Source: Octopus bimaculoides
Taxonomy: Eukaryota
Reading direction: 5' to 3'
Assembly: GCF_001194135.2 (NCBI RefSeq)
Contig: NC_068988.1
Span: 89,572,672-89,636,023 of the forward strand
Length of the DNA: 63,352 nt
In this document: positions 49,705 through 62,850 of the stretch, in pieces
Position numbering within the stretch: the stretch's first letter is position 1
Layout: each line of letters begins with the position of its first letter
Position numbers and translations under genes: made by a program
Notes under the pieces: generated by a model
The model's database searches: none
What the model was told of the DNA's origin: nothing
What the model saw: only the letters and a program-made list of their open reading frames with translations

Positions 49705-50029
49705 CTGTTATGAAAAACTAAGATCGATAGAGAATTAGAATTACAATTAGAATGTATATTCAGATGTATATTCAAATATAAAATTGATGAACAGATGATG
49801 TATATCAACAAAACAAAAATGTACTGTCGTTATATTTACTGAACTACTTTACAATCTTACAGCACAGGAGCAAAAGAAATATGCTGATATTTACGTATAC
49901 CGTACTTAATACCATAAAAGATGCACAGCTATATTATACGCCCCCACGCCTCCAATTTTAATAACACATATATAAAAAGAAACTTTGTAAGTACATTAAA
50001 GCATGTAATATTCAAACTTTCATTGCGAA

Positions 50030-50348
50030 GGCGCAAGACTTAGCAATTAGATTATCCAGATCATAATCGTAGGGTCGTAAGTTCAATAACCGATAGGGTG
50101 CTGTGTCTTTTAACAAGATACTTTATTTCACCTTGCTCCACTCGTCTCATCTGGCAGAAATTAATACTGCTTGTAGTTCAAAGAGCGAGCCTTTTCATAT
50201 TCTGTATCAAGAGGGATTCCCTTGAGAACTACGTTAACGTTACGTGCGCCTGTGCTTTCGTCAGCCCCCGGCATATTGCTTTCACATGTAGCCTGTTGCA
50301 TTGATTGGATCAGCTGAAAACACTGCTCGTCGTAACGGATGGGATGCC
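50030..50348 (+). mobile_element. tRNA-derived SINE family C with CORE/V-like central block
   Basis: 'gtagggtcgtaagttcaataaccg...gctgtgtcttttaacaagatactttatttcacc' followed by a tail shared with 48064-48210. Confidence 0.7.
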
Positions 50349-50699
50349 ATTTTCTAGACGTTCTACTACATTATAACACAATACAAACATACCTTAGCTA
50401 TAGGTAAAAACATTATTATATATATAAACGTAGAAGTGAGCAGTACAGCTGAACGTAACGGGAGAGATCACAATGGTGGAGATGTGCTGCATGATAACAG
50501 TACTAAACATTTTGGAAGCAATAAGGCAGAAACATTAACTTCACTCACATGTGGGATCCGGGCTGATATTTTCAAACATAAACCTGCATATAGTTATTTA
50601 GCCTGCTAAATGAACCAGCGTCCTGGATGACGTTTCAAATTGATGATCAAAGATGGCAGATGACATTTCTGCTAACATAGACCTCAATATTGCTAATTA

Positions 50700-51385
50700 T
50701 GTTTGAAAGAACGACAACAGGATGTAGTTATTCTGCGTTTGATGTGTGTTTCATTTCTCAATCCAACGTTTAATATTTCTTTTTTTCATTATCCAAGCTT
50801 CTCGCGGCATCTGTGCTGTGTATGGAGAGGGTGCCATTGCTGAAAGAACCGCTCGTGATTGGTATACCAGGTTCAAAAATGGAAGTTTTGGTCTCAAAAC
50901 GCACCTCATTCTGATCGTCCAGTTGAGTTCGATGAGGAGCGATTAAACCAATTTTTTACTCGAGAATTCCCGTCAAACGACAAGGGAAATAGCAGAGAAA
51001 ATGGAATGCTCCCACACTGCTATAGAGAAGCACCTTCACTCGATGGGAAAGGTTCAGAAGTATGGAGCATGTGTTCCGTATGCTTTAAGTGACAGCAACA
51101 AAAATCAACGAGCCACAATCTCCGCTGGTTTGCTTGCTCGTCACCGCTCAACTCATGGACACAAGCAACCATTTCTTTACCGAATTGTTATTGGTGACGA
51201 AAAATGGTGCCCGTTAATCAATATGAAGCAGCGTAACGAATGGCTTAGCCCTGGTAAACAAGCGACAACGCGATTTCAAGAAGATCTTCATCCGCGTAAA
51301 ATGATGTTGTGCGTATGGTGGGACTGGGGAGGTATTATCCATTATGAATTTCTTGAAAGAAACCAAACGGTCAACGCGGAACAAA
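50700..51385 (+). mobile_element. Mariner transposase 5'/central fragment
   Basis: ASRGICAVYGEGAIAERTARDWYTRFKNG; HLHSMGKVQKYGACVPYAL; IVIGDEKWC; LHPRKMMLCVWWDWGGIIHYEFLERNQTVNAE. Confidence 0.93.
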
Positions 51386-51429
51386 TTATGATTAAATATT
51401 AAGTAATAAGGAATATATAATTACATATT

Positions 51430-51860
51430 GGTGGTTTTTCAGATCCAATGCAATTGAATACAAACCAATATGAATATTAGCTATTGCAAGGGTTGTTACT
51501 GTATAGTCTTGTATCATTTCTTGCACAGGCAACGATAAGATAGAAAACTGTCCAGACGTTCCTTGAAAACGTCCACATCAACACCATGTAGATCTTTGGA
51601 AGACGGGATCTTTAGTATGATACAGTGCCATCCAGTTCGGGGATTGGTATAGCGTATAGCTGTCAATTACAAAATGTGGAGTTAAACCCTCTAAGATCTT
51701 TCAAATATCTATCACCTCATATATCTCTCGTCTCCTCTCCAAGGAATTGAGACACTTCTTTTGGCCTCTCTCAGGCGCTGGATTGTTTCGAGTTCCAGTT
51801 TGTTTCACACTCTCAGGGGACCATACTTGGGAGCAGTAGCCCGGGCGGCTGGTGAGTCTG
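51430..51860 (-). mobile_element. CR1/L2-group LINE 3' end
   Basis: RPGYCSQVWSPESVKQ...LNSLERRREIYEVIDI*KILEGLTPHF...DLHGVDVDVFKERLDSFLS. Confidence 0.85.
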
Positions 51861-52669
51861 ATCCTTATAGTACATATATATGTATACACATAGATATGCG
51901 TATCTAAGATTCTATATATATCCACCTCTTCGAACTTTTTATCTTTTTTTCTGTTATTATTCTATTTGTTATACATTCTTAATTTTGTCTATGATCTCTT
52001 TGTACTTTCTTTGGAAGCTTTGTCTGACATTCTATTTAATATGCGGAGATTTACATTACTTTTTGTATGCTCAATTTAAGCTGAAGCCATAGAATATGTC
52101 TGACGTTTAACTTCTTCATATCCAACACACTCTGGACTATTGTAAATATCACACATTTTAAGCAGTTTATTATTTCTCACAATAATTTTGGTTGAGTTAA
52201 AAAGCTTATAAAGTATAATTTGTATATTTTCATTTGTATGCACACATTATATATATATATNNNNNNNNNNTGCACACATTATATATATATATGTATGTAT
52301 GTATGTTATCAATCAGTTTCATTTCTGTATTTCTTGTCCATAGAGAAAGAGCCGGACTCTAACATAGATTCAAGGCTCCTTCATTGGATTTTTTATCAAC
52401 ATCATCTAGGTATTTGTGCATATGTGTGTGTGTGTGTGCAGTATTTGGTGTTAGTGTATGCGCAGATTTGTATGTTTGTTTTGTATGTATGTATGTATGT
52501 ATGTATGTGTGTTTATGTAATATGTATGTATATATACAAGCATGTATATATGTATGTATGTGTAAATGCATGTGTGTGTGTGTATATCTATGTATGCATT
52601 ATGTATTTATTCGTGCGTGTGTATATATGTATTTATATATATATATTCTTTTATTCTTTTTCTTTTCCT

Positions 52670-52870
52670 TTTTAATTGTTTTAATCATTTGACTGCGGCC
52701 ATGCTGCAGTACCACCTTTAGTTGAATAAATCGACCCCAGGACATAGTTTTTGTAAGCCTGGTACTTATTCTGTCGACCTCTTTTGCCGAACAGCTATGT
52801 TACGAGGGCGTAAACACACCAAAATCCGTTGTCAAACGATGGAGGGGGGACAAACACAATAACACACAGA
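52670..52870 (-). mobile_element. SINE family B, 3' part, running into a gap
   Basis: 'catttgactgcggccatgctgcagtacc...tcgaccccaggac...gtaagcctggtacttattctgtcg...gtcaaacgatggagggggacaaacac'. Confidence 0.88.
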
Positions 52871-53699
52871 AATATATATATATATATATACATATATATG
52901 TGTNNNNNNNNNNNNNNNNNNNNNNNNNNNNNNNNNNNNNNNNNNNNNNNNNNNNNNNNNNNNNNNNNNNNNNNNNNNNNNNNNNNNNNNNNNNNNNNNN
53001 NNNNNNNNNNNNNNNNNNNNNNNNNNNNNNNNNNNNNNNNNNNNNNNNNNNNNNNNNNNNNNNNNNNNNNNNNNNNNNNNNNNNNNNNNNNNNNNNNNNN
53101 NNNNNNNNNNNNNNNNNNNNNNNNNNNNNNNNNNNNNNNNNNNNNNNNNNNNNNNNNNNNNNNNNNNNNNNNNNNNNNNNNNNNNNNNNNNNNNNNNNNN
53201 NNNNNNNNNNNNNNNNNNNNNNNNNNNNNNNNNNNNNNNNNNNNNNNNNNNNNNNNNNNNNNNNNNNNNNNNNNNNNNNNNNNNNNNNNNNNNNNNNNNN
53301 NNNNNNNNNNNNNNNNNNNNNNNNNNNNNNNNNNNNNNNNNNNNNNNNNNNNNNNNNNNNNNNNNNNNNNNNNNNNNNNNNNNNNNNNNNNNNNNNNNNN
53401 NNNNNNNNNNNNNNNNNNNNNNNNNNNNNNNNNNNNNNNNNNNNNNNNNNNNNNNNNNNNNNNNNNNNNNNNNNNNNNNNNNNNNNNNNNNNNNNNNNNN
53501 NNNNNNNNNNNNNNNNNNNNNNNNNNNNNNNNNNNNNNNNNNNNNNNNNNNNNNNNCATATATAGGTGTGTGGATGCGTATGTATATATGAATGTATATG
53601 TATGCATATACATTTATGGAAGAAAGAATGAAGAAAATCTCTTTTCAAACATATCGTATTTGAAAATATTATGTTGAATTACAATTTGTTTTGAAATCT

Positions 53700-55130
53700 T
53701 TCGAAGAACAAACGGATTACTAACATCACTTGAAAAATATTTTCAGTGTAAACGCTTTCGCTTTTTTGCAGCTCATCATTTGTACGTTGTATAAGGTAGT
53801 TTCTGCTGTACTAAATTTAACATCTTTCATCATGTTTGTTTTATGTTTTAATCGAAAATCATTTTTAAATGGTTTTCTTTTGAATTTCGTAAGTGATTAC
53901 TTGCGTTTATTTTGAAGATAAGTGACATTTGTTTCTTACATATTCTATATGTTTATTATTGCAATGTCAGCATTTAATACATTGCATTTTATTTGTGTAT
54001 TATATTTGTAATAATCTTCAATTCCTTCCCATTCCTGATCATAATATTTTCCGGACCACTATAAATACCGTAGCAGGTCTTTACATAATATTGTTTTTTC
54101 AGATACTGTTTCCCTCTCAGTATTCTTTCAGTTCCCCCACTATTCTTTTTTGTACATCAGTCTATGACTACAGCATTAGAGGGGATATTTGTTTCAGAAC
54201 ACGATGAATGGCAAGTTCTAAAATATCCGTTTTGGGCTATGTGTATGTTTTTTGTAATACAGCTAAGTAGAAATAATGTGTTGTTTTTTCTTTCATTACC
54301 AAAATGTCCTGAAATGGGAATTCACTCTTCTATTTCCATTGTGAATTGGTTCGGTTTATGATTGTTATTTGTGATTAATTCATTCTCTTCCATTCAGCTA
54401 TTCGAAAATATGAACCACTAATCCCGGCATCTTTCTTAATTTTCTTTGGAACGCGATCGATGTCACAAGTCAGAATCAATTCCCGATCGTATACAGATTT
54501 ATTCTGTAGTGGATGCATCTCCCGTGCTCATTGTCATCCCTTTTATTTGAAGATCACATTTGTATTTAAAAATAAAGCACCAATCGTATTGTATTTAAAA
54601 ATGAAACACCAATCGCAATCCTTTTAGTATGAATTCATTTGTGAATCTCTCCTGAATTACAAGTGAGTATTTCTCATTCCTAAATTCTATTATTTCTTCT
54701 CATAGTCCATTAGGATATATGTATAAAGACTGGTCACCTCGAAATCTACCAAGCCCATGTTTACATTCTCTGTATTTTGAATGCGATGTTAATAGTTGAT
54801 GAGACTATGAATCAGCTTGATTAATGGATTTAACAAGACGTCCAGCAAACTGCTTAATCCCTGGGTGTTTAATTTTCTTTCCTTGAAACAATTGAACGTC
54901 GCCTTAAAATACAGTGATTAATAATCTTTAAATATGATGCATGTTCTTTAACCTGTTGTGTATTTCTATAGATTTATGAACGTTTGGCAGTTCATAAAAA
55001 TTATTTGCTTTTACCTCAAAATTAGTTAATTTAATTGCTTTAGAATTTCCGCTAATTGCCTAATTTTGTTGAAAGTTTGTTTATCTGCATTAGTTTTAAT
55101 TTTATACAAAATTATTTACCCTTTAATTAT
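53700..55130 (-). mobile_element. Highly decayed LINE RT relic (T-rich on plus strand)
   Basis: KKLRK.AGISGSYF...NRTNSQWK*KSEFPFQ echoes KLxxxGISG...INxxxSxWxxVxSGxPQG. Confidence 0.35.
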
Positions 55131-55242
55131 ATTAAGACTATTTGATCTTGCCCGTTATTAAAATAGTTCATCATTTTTCAGCTTTATAAATAATGATAGA
55201 GATAGTAGAGGAAGACTGCTGCAGCAGCAACAGTAGTAGTAA

Positions 55243-55275
<33 letters not shown>

Positions 55276-56162
55276 CAGCAGCAGCAGCATAAGCAGGAAC
55301 AGCATTTATAGCCATAAATTGCTAAAAGAAAAGAATGTAAGAATCCTTGATAGAAACACTTTCACAACACACTTCACCACGTTTAATTGAAATGATCTTA
55401 TATTTCTTCTCCGGAAGAAATATTACAAAACTATTTGTTCGTCTTTTTGATCTCTTACAGCACGAAACACCATTAATGGATTCATACAGTTAGATTTTCA
55501 ACTAGACATTAGCCGCTAGAGAGGTTACGCTCTTTTACTTCATTTCAATAAGCCATGGACGTGGAGAGCTAAATGATGCTTGCTGAGAACGTTCAAACTA
55601 CTTTTAAGAAAACCTCTCACTCTATGCTAAACTATTTTGCTTAATTACAAACTGATTTTATCGTCTACCTATTGATATTACATTGAGAAAGTATTGAAAA
55701 TCATAAATGGCTTCCATTTAATCAGTTTGGAAATGGTCGAGCTATGACGGTACGTGGTGTGCGTGTGTATGTGTGTGTGTATGTGTGCGTACGTGTCTCC
55801 GTGCACGAATGTGTGTAGATCTGTGTATGGAACATTTCAAATAAGACTAACACGTAAAGAGAGGATTAACAAGTTATGCCTGAGTGATTCGTTATTTCAT
55901 TCATAGATAAAACCTTCTTCAACTGAAGATCATTTCATGCTACATTATATACGAATACGCTACGATCAATATGAGCGTACCAGCTACGATGGAAATATTT
56001 ATGGCACGTGATAATTCCTACTGTGTTGTTATGCGGGCATTATCTTTAGATACACGAAGATAGAAATAATGCAAAAACACACGCATACACACATAAGCAA
56101 AAACATACAGATGTGCGCGCGCATGCTCACACACTCACATACTGAACTACAGAATCTCCAGC

Positions 56163-56249
56163 ATGGAGCACTCAGTGCATTGTATAATGTTACTTAGATA
56201 CTTGCTTATCATTTTACTTTGCATGTGTGCAACACCAACTGACAATGGC
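56163..56249 (+). CDS. Candidate first coding exon with signal-peptide-like sequence
   Basis: (MEHSVHCI)MLLRYLLIILLCMCATPTDNG followed by the consensus donor GTGAGT at 56250. No downstream partner exon was found, and the opposite strand resembles a LINE motif. Confidence 0.3.
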
Positions 56250-56277
56250 GTGAGTCATCAAATTTCAAATAATAAGA

Positions 56278-56311
<34 letters not shown>

Positions 56312-57309
56312 ATGTACGTGCGCGCGCGTGTGTATGTATATATGTATATTCATGTATATAGCATACGATATGTATGTATGTATNNNNNNNNNNNNNNNNN
56401 NNNNNNNNNNNNNNNNNNNNNNNNNNNNNNNNNNNNNNNNNNNNNNNNNNNNNNNNNNNNNNNNNNNTATATATATATATATAGATAGATAGATAGATAG
56501 ATAGATACATACATACATACATACATACATACACACATCCATCCATCCCTCCATCCATCCATCCATCCATCCATGCATACATACATACATACATACATAC
56601 ATAGATACATACGTACATACATACATATTAACGGGTGTTGAAACAACCATTTTTAAGTTACTTTAATTCCGCTGTATGCACAGTTTCAAATAGTATTTTA
56701 AATAGAATATATGAAGACTAGAGTTATGGGATCCCACCACCCCGTACTTCTCTCATACCCCCCCCACACACACACACACATACACACTATTAAATACTCT
56801 CATTTTCTATATTAATCATATAATATCTTACACGTGTATATTAAATCGCTTACGGATATGAAACATTTGATCATATTTCACTGTAGAAACCTTGTTTGAA
56901 ACATCTGATGTGTAAAGATAGTAAAAACATAGAGATATAAGATAATTCGTAGGTAGCTACTCCTCCACCTTGGTAAAATTACAACTTTCCTATGTGTGTT
57001 AAATGAATTCCTTTTTTTATTTTGTTTTGTTTTTGGTTTGTTTTTTTTTTTCAAAGAACTATACATTTGTTAAATGATCTTTTTGTGCTTTTGAGTTTAT
57101 TTCAGAGCTAAATTGTATTATAATATTACGAAAATACCTACATATATTTAAAGTGTGATAATTTAAGTATATAAAATTATACAATGACCGTAAATCAGCA
57201 TTTGGATTTCCTGCAGAAAATCTTACAAGAATGACCCCTTCAAAGACTGATGCATACTGACATCATTATTTATACATAAAAAAAAAAACGTGAAGAACAT
57301 ATATCAAAT

Positions 57310-57600
57310 CCCCACCCACAGCGAAAGAATGCTGCTGGATTGTTGCTGTAGATGCGCAAACAATTTGGGACAAATTTTCTTTTCCTTATATTGGGTTTGA
57401 GGGAATAGCTCTAAAACTTGAGAGATTGATTGAATCTGCTGATAAATTACACACAGTACCTATGAAGCAAAGAGGAAATTTTTTAATAAGAAATTAGGTG
57501 AGTCCAATGAAATGTTTGATATATTCATCTGCACGTGTTATGACAAACAAATAAGAAGATTTGACTGCCATAGCGAATACCTCTTCATTGTCATAGACTA
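57310..57600 (+). mobile_element. Putative DNA-transposase N-terminal relic (non-mariner)
   Basis: KECCWIVAVDAQTIWDKFSFPYIGFEGIALKLERLIE... then MFDIFICTCYDKQIRRFDCH, echoing an 'IWxKAxIP...KLxRL...LFDICxCxC' pattern I associate with invertebrate transposase-like proteins. Confidence 0.35.
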
Positions 57601-57714
57601 TATATACCTCTTCTTTGTCACAGCCAAGGAATCAAGCATGCTATTAATTTAGTGATTGCATGGTTTAATCAAAGATTTGATCTTTCCTCGACATTAAAGG
57701 GTTAATATACGTTT

Positions 57715-58140
57715 CCTAGGCAGATGATCGCAAGTGAGGAAAAGTGGGTTCTCTAATATCGGATCCAACCAAAAGGACATTGGATAGTATCCAAAGGTAA
57801 AAGACAATCTCTCCTCAAACTAAAACTACTCTCAACACATTTATGTTCCTTTATGTTGAATATGAAGCGTGTCGTCTAATGTGAAATGCTCAACTGAAAC
57901 AAAACAGTTAGAGCAGAGAAATATTATCATTTCCAAGCAATGCACACATTTTCACAGAAAAAGCTTCCATCATTAGTTAGTTCTAAAGAGTTCTTGCTCT
58001 TATTTGACAATGCAAGGTAAATTATTGCCCAAGTTGTTCAGGAAAAGATTATAGCACTAAATATGGTAGCTTTGTCTCATAATGTTTACTCCCCATACCT
58101 TCTTTCTTGTCACTATTGAGATACCTGCGACATTATTCAA
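57715..58140 (+). mobile_element. Degenerate mariner transposase fragment
   Basis: MIASEEKWVL*Y..QPKGHWI (cf. TGDEKW), 'LLFDNAR' (ttatttgacaatgcaagg) and a PYSP-like 'ctccccatac'. Confidence 0.7.
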
Positions 58141-58385
58141 AGACAAAACATTTTATTAATGGTGAAGAAGTTAAAATGTTCTTGTTGATATTCTACGGAT
58201 ATTTGCGGATCTCCGAATGTATAATCTACTGTAGAATTTAGTAATTGTGAAGAAACTAAGTATGATGTTGAATGTTTCAGATTCACGCTTGATTGATTAA
58301 CAATTTGCCAAATAGTTATAATCATGTTATCGATAATGTGAAAAAATAATACCGCGATGAAATATATACATTAATACAAGAGAAG

Positions 58386-58705
58386 CATTTGTTTCATACA
58401 TAGATATGTTCGACATTTAGTTTGTATTGTATAACCTTGTCAAAGAAAGTATAATACATATAGCTTATGAATCAGATATTTTAGGTATACTTTATGTGTA
58501 GGGTACATTTCTGAGGTCTTACTTTGAGATGAAGTGTAGAAACATCTTTCGAATTCTCCATTTATAATTAGATAAAATATTACATTTCTATTTTTTTACA
58601 ACTTCGTAGGTGCCATTTTTTTCTTTATGCTTCTTTTCTTTCAATTAAATGAAGAAATAAATATTTTCTCAAAATAATCATATCCTTTGGCTTTGCATAC
58701 TCTCT

Positions 58706-58800
<95 letters not shown>

Positions 58801-59438
58801 TGATTTAATTTTTTTCAATTTAAATTTTTTACTTCATTAGAATTTGAATTAATAAATCTTATAAATTTTTGCTTCTATCATATATTTTATTTAATTTCAG
58901 TATTTTACATATAGAATATTCCCAATTTTTTTTTTTTTTTGATTTGTAGATTTTACAATTTATTATCATTTCCTTTTTCTATAATAAAAATTCTAAAGAA
59001 ATAGCTTCCTATGAAAACTTACATATACATAGACAAACATAAATACACTTTTCATACACACACACACACACACACACACGTATTTTTAACTCAAGTAAAT
59101 TTTATTCTTAGAAAGGTCAAACATTTTTATCGACTTTTAGCTAATATAGTTTAAGATTATATTTGAAATTCTTTTTTCTTTTACTATACATATTTAAGTA
59201 AGTTACTAATGAACAGTTTTCTTCAACATTTAGAATCATAGAAACTACATTTTTTTATGCTCAGCCAAGCATTAGAATATAACTAATAGAATCATAAGTC
59301 TATCGAAAAACCCCACATTTGTTTCATACATAGATATGTTCGACATTTAGTTTGTATTGTATAACCTTGTCAAAGAAAGTATAATACATATAATTTTATG
59401 AATCAGATATTTTAGGTATACTTTATGTGTAGGGCACA
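58386..59438 (+). repeat. ~122-bp near-identical direct repeat (58386-58507 and 59316-59438)
   Basis: 'catttgtttcatacatagatatgttcgacatttag...tttatgtgtaggg' occurs twice with only a few differences. Confidence 0.93.
58710..58796. repeat. (CT)n microsatellite
   Basis: Direct reading. Confidence 0.98.
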
Positions 59439-59499
59439 ATTTGATGAAATCTGACTTCCAAAATATCCGTTCCTTTTTCTTTCTCTTTCCTCCTATATA

Positions 59500-59810
59500 T
59501 TCAACACAAACCATTCCAATCATTACCAATTATTCACGTCATTTCCGTTATTGATAAATGCTCTACAACAGCCACCTCAAGCAATTCGAACCGTATGTTC
59601 TCTCAAGTCGGTAACGGTCCATATGTAGTCCTTGAGTTATCTATGAGTTGTCAGGCCCTGGTAACTTCTCTCCTTGGGTAATTCCGAATCTCCCTTGTAC
59701 GGCTGGATACTTTTCGTTGAGTAATTGATAACATTAACAATAGGTGCACTCGGTGCAGTTGAACTACGTGTAGGTCCGGAAAATATGCTGTAAATAACTG
59801 TTAAATAAAA
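59500..59810 (-). mobile_element. Decayed CR1/L2-like LINE C-terminal relic
   Basis: With one frameshift: TAYFRTYT*FNCTEC...LLNEKYPAVQGRF...LPGPDNS*, echoing YVRPxLEYCSxVW...LLExVQRRF. Confidence 0.5.
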
Positions 59811-60724
59811 TTATGGATGTGAAAAATTTACATTCTCATCATTATTAATTAATGTTACACATATCCATACAATCATACATACATACATACATACATATAT
59901 ATGTATATATATATATATATATANNNNNNNNNNNNNNNNNNNNNNNNNNNNNNNNNNNNNNNNNNNNNNNNNNNNNNNNNNNNNNNNNNNNNNNNNNNNN
60001 NNNNNNNNNNNNNNNNNNNNNNNNNNNNNNNNNNNNNNNNNNNNNNNNNNNNNNNNNNNNNNNNNNNNNNNNNNNNNNNNNNNNNNNNNNNNNNNNNNNN
60101 NNNNNNNNNNNNNNNNNNNNNNNNNNNNNNNNNNNNNNNNNNNNNNNNNNNNNNNNNNNNNNNNNNNNNNNNNNNNNNNNNNNNNNNNNNNNNNNNNNNN
60201 NNNNNNNNNNNNNNNNNNNNNNNNNNNNNNNNNNNNNNNNNNNNNNNNNNNNNNNNNNNNNNNNNNNNNNNNNNNNNNNNNNNNNNNNNNNNNNNNNNNN
60301 NNNNNNNNNNNNNNNNNNNNNNNNNNNNNNNNNNNNNNNNNNNNNNNNNNNNNNNNNNNNNNNNNNNNNNNNNNNNNNNNNNNNNNNNNNNNNNNNNNNN
60401 NNNNNNNNNNNNNNNNNNNNNNNNNNNNNNNNNNNNNNNNNNNNNNNNNNNNNNNNNNNNNNNNNNNNNNNNNNNNNNNNNNNNNNNNNNNNNNNNNNNN
60501 NNNNNNNNNNNNNNNNNNNNNNNNNNNNNNNNNNNNNNNNNNNNNNNNNNNNNNNNNNNNNNNNNNNNNNNNNNNNNNNNNNNNNNNNNNNNNNNNNNNN
60601 NNNNNNNNNNNNNNNNNNNNNNNNNNNNNNNNNNNNNNNNNNNNNNNNNNNNNNNNNNNNNNNNNNNNNNNNNNNNNNNNNNNNNNNNNNNNNNNNNNNN
60701 NNNNNNNNNNNNNNNNNNNNNNNN

Positions 60725-60765
<41 letters not shown>

Positions 60766-61779
60766 GGGTAATACATCTATAATGTACTTTCTAAAGCTTC
60801 TCACACGGTATCGGCTACCAAACATTAGTCTACAGTAGAACATACATTCGGAAATACGCAAATATCGTAGAATATCGACAAGGAAATCTTAATACGAGAA
60901 GACGAGTTGAACAGGTTTCATTTCAATTACTACCATTGTTTCAGTTCATCAATATCAGCTGTTAACATATGTATGTTATGTATATTATACGTGATGTTTT
61001 ATTAATCTGATTCAACAATTGCTGTACTCATGCCCATTCTTTGGTAATCAGAGTGGAAGTACTGCTATATCATCTTTAGTTTCTCCACATGTTATGCTCT
61101 TACCAAAATATTATTCTTAGTAAACCTCACACAAAAAGGATGAAGGAAATAGAACTCGTTATAAATGAGAAACCTTTAACAAAAGAAATAAATGGAGGGA
61201 AATAAAACATAAAGAATAAACAATCCTCATATTCATTCATACGTCACCATATTTAGGATAATCAAAAAGAGCATTTCATGATAAGAATGTCATAAAAGGA
61301 TTACTTGAACATTTCTCCGTCATCTGTGTCTGTTACCACTCAACTTCAAAGTAAACCAGTGGCATATTCTTTCTTCCTTATCTCAGCTGGATAACAAAAC
61401 CTATTTACTTACAAGTTTAATTTTAGGCATATAATATGACTATCACACTTTTTACCTCGTTGCCTCTGAAGTCATAAAGAAAAGCTATTAAAATAAGAAA
61501 TTTACTTGCACAGACACGTATCTATTCATACATATATACTGATTCAATACCAATGTACATAACATGTGTATATGCATACACATCTTTATCCCAATACACA
61601 CACACACAGTTTACGTTCTCATGGATGTGCAGCCATTCATGCTAATCATGAAACAAATCATGCTCATATCTTAATACGTTTTTCTTATTTTTATCCATTC
61701 TTTTGGAATTCCGAGTTTATAACTAAGACAGAATTTGCTTCTATAGAGCAAACTTATGATGTGTTCGTAGAGAAGTAAA

Positions 61780-62420
61780 TATCAGGTCATTAAGAATAAA
61801 ATGTCCGATTTTGAACTGAAATGTTGTTTTACTTCATCTCAGCAAAAAGCAATGCAGTTAATCGAACTATACGCCTAAATTATCAACACCATTTTGCCAT
61901 TTTATTGGTAGCTCATTTATGCCGGCAGCAAAAAATTTTGGAGAGCAAGGGATGATGAAGTCACGAAAGGCTGGTTTTGCATTTTCTTCAGATTTGAAAC
62001 TTCTCCTTGCAAAAATTTGTCTAATGCCTGGAAAACGTGATAGTGCAAGTTCCGGTGAATATGGTGGATAACAGAGTACTTCCAAGTTCAGCTGCTGTAA
62101 CCTGAGTAGCGTTCTTTGTGCCACATGTGGTCGAGCATTGTACAGTTTCCAGCTCATCATTATCAACGTTGGTCTCAGGTCTAACACGGGGTCGATTTTC
62201 AAGGGTAATGTCACCAGACCGGAACTTCTCAAACAAACGACAGTGCGCTCATTCACCACATCCGCACCAAACACCTCATTGACGTTTCGAGCTGTCTGTG
62301 ACGCGTTGGTTCCACGACAGAAATCATATTCATAAACAACACAATTTTTTTATCTATCCATGGGTTCAAAGAAATTGATTTACGTTCCACACATACGAGG
62401 AAGTAATGCAGTATGAAACC
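61780..62420 (-). mobile_element. Internally deleted mariner element
   Basis: RIVFVYEYDF...NASQTARNVNEVFGADVVNERTV joined to LYNARPHVAQRTLLRLQQLNLEVLCYPPYSPELALS...GINELPIKWQNGVDNLGV*. TIR-like 'tatcaggtcat' at 61780. Confidence 0.9.
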
Positions 62421-62461
62421 GAAGCGATTTTGTACTAATAAATGCTTCCATCTTCCATATT

Positions 62462-62499
<38 letters not shown>

Positions 62500-62699
62500 N
62501 NNNNNNNNNNNNNNNNNNNNNNNNNNNNNNNNNNNNNNNNNNNNNNNNNNNNNNNNNNNNNNNNNNNNNNNNNNNNNNNNNNNNNNNNNNNNNNNNNNNN
62601 NNNNNNNNNNNNNNNNNNNNNNNNNNNNNNNNNNNNNNNNNNNNNNNNNNNNNNNNNNNNNNATATATATATATATATATAATTTCAGATTTTCATGCA

Positions 62700-62850
62700 A
62701 GTCCAGCAATTTGGGGTAAACCGATTACATTGACCCCAGTTTTCAATTCGTCGAACCCGAAAGGATAAAAATCTAAAAGTGAAGACGGGCAAAATACTTA
62801 GCGGTATTTTGTCCGTCGTACTAACAATTGTGCCAACTCGTCACAAAAAT
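62700..62850 (-). mobile_element. SINE-like family A copy (rearranged/degenerate)
   Basis: 'ccgattacattgaccccagt...tcgaacccgaaaggataaaa' is the reverse complement of the family A 3' block. Confidence 0.6.

Noticed and set aside
55945-56025. TM-like terminal exon ELSRAINISIVAGTLILIVAYSYIM*
   Set aside because: Poor polypyrimidine tract; likely an RT-motif relic or chance.
1446-62768. Most ORFs in the supplied track (poly-X, CVCV, YIYI, HTHT, LSLS, IIII)
   Set aside because: They are read-through of N gaps and microsatellites, not genes.
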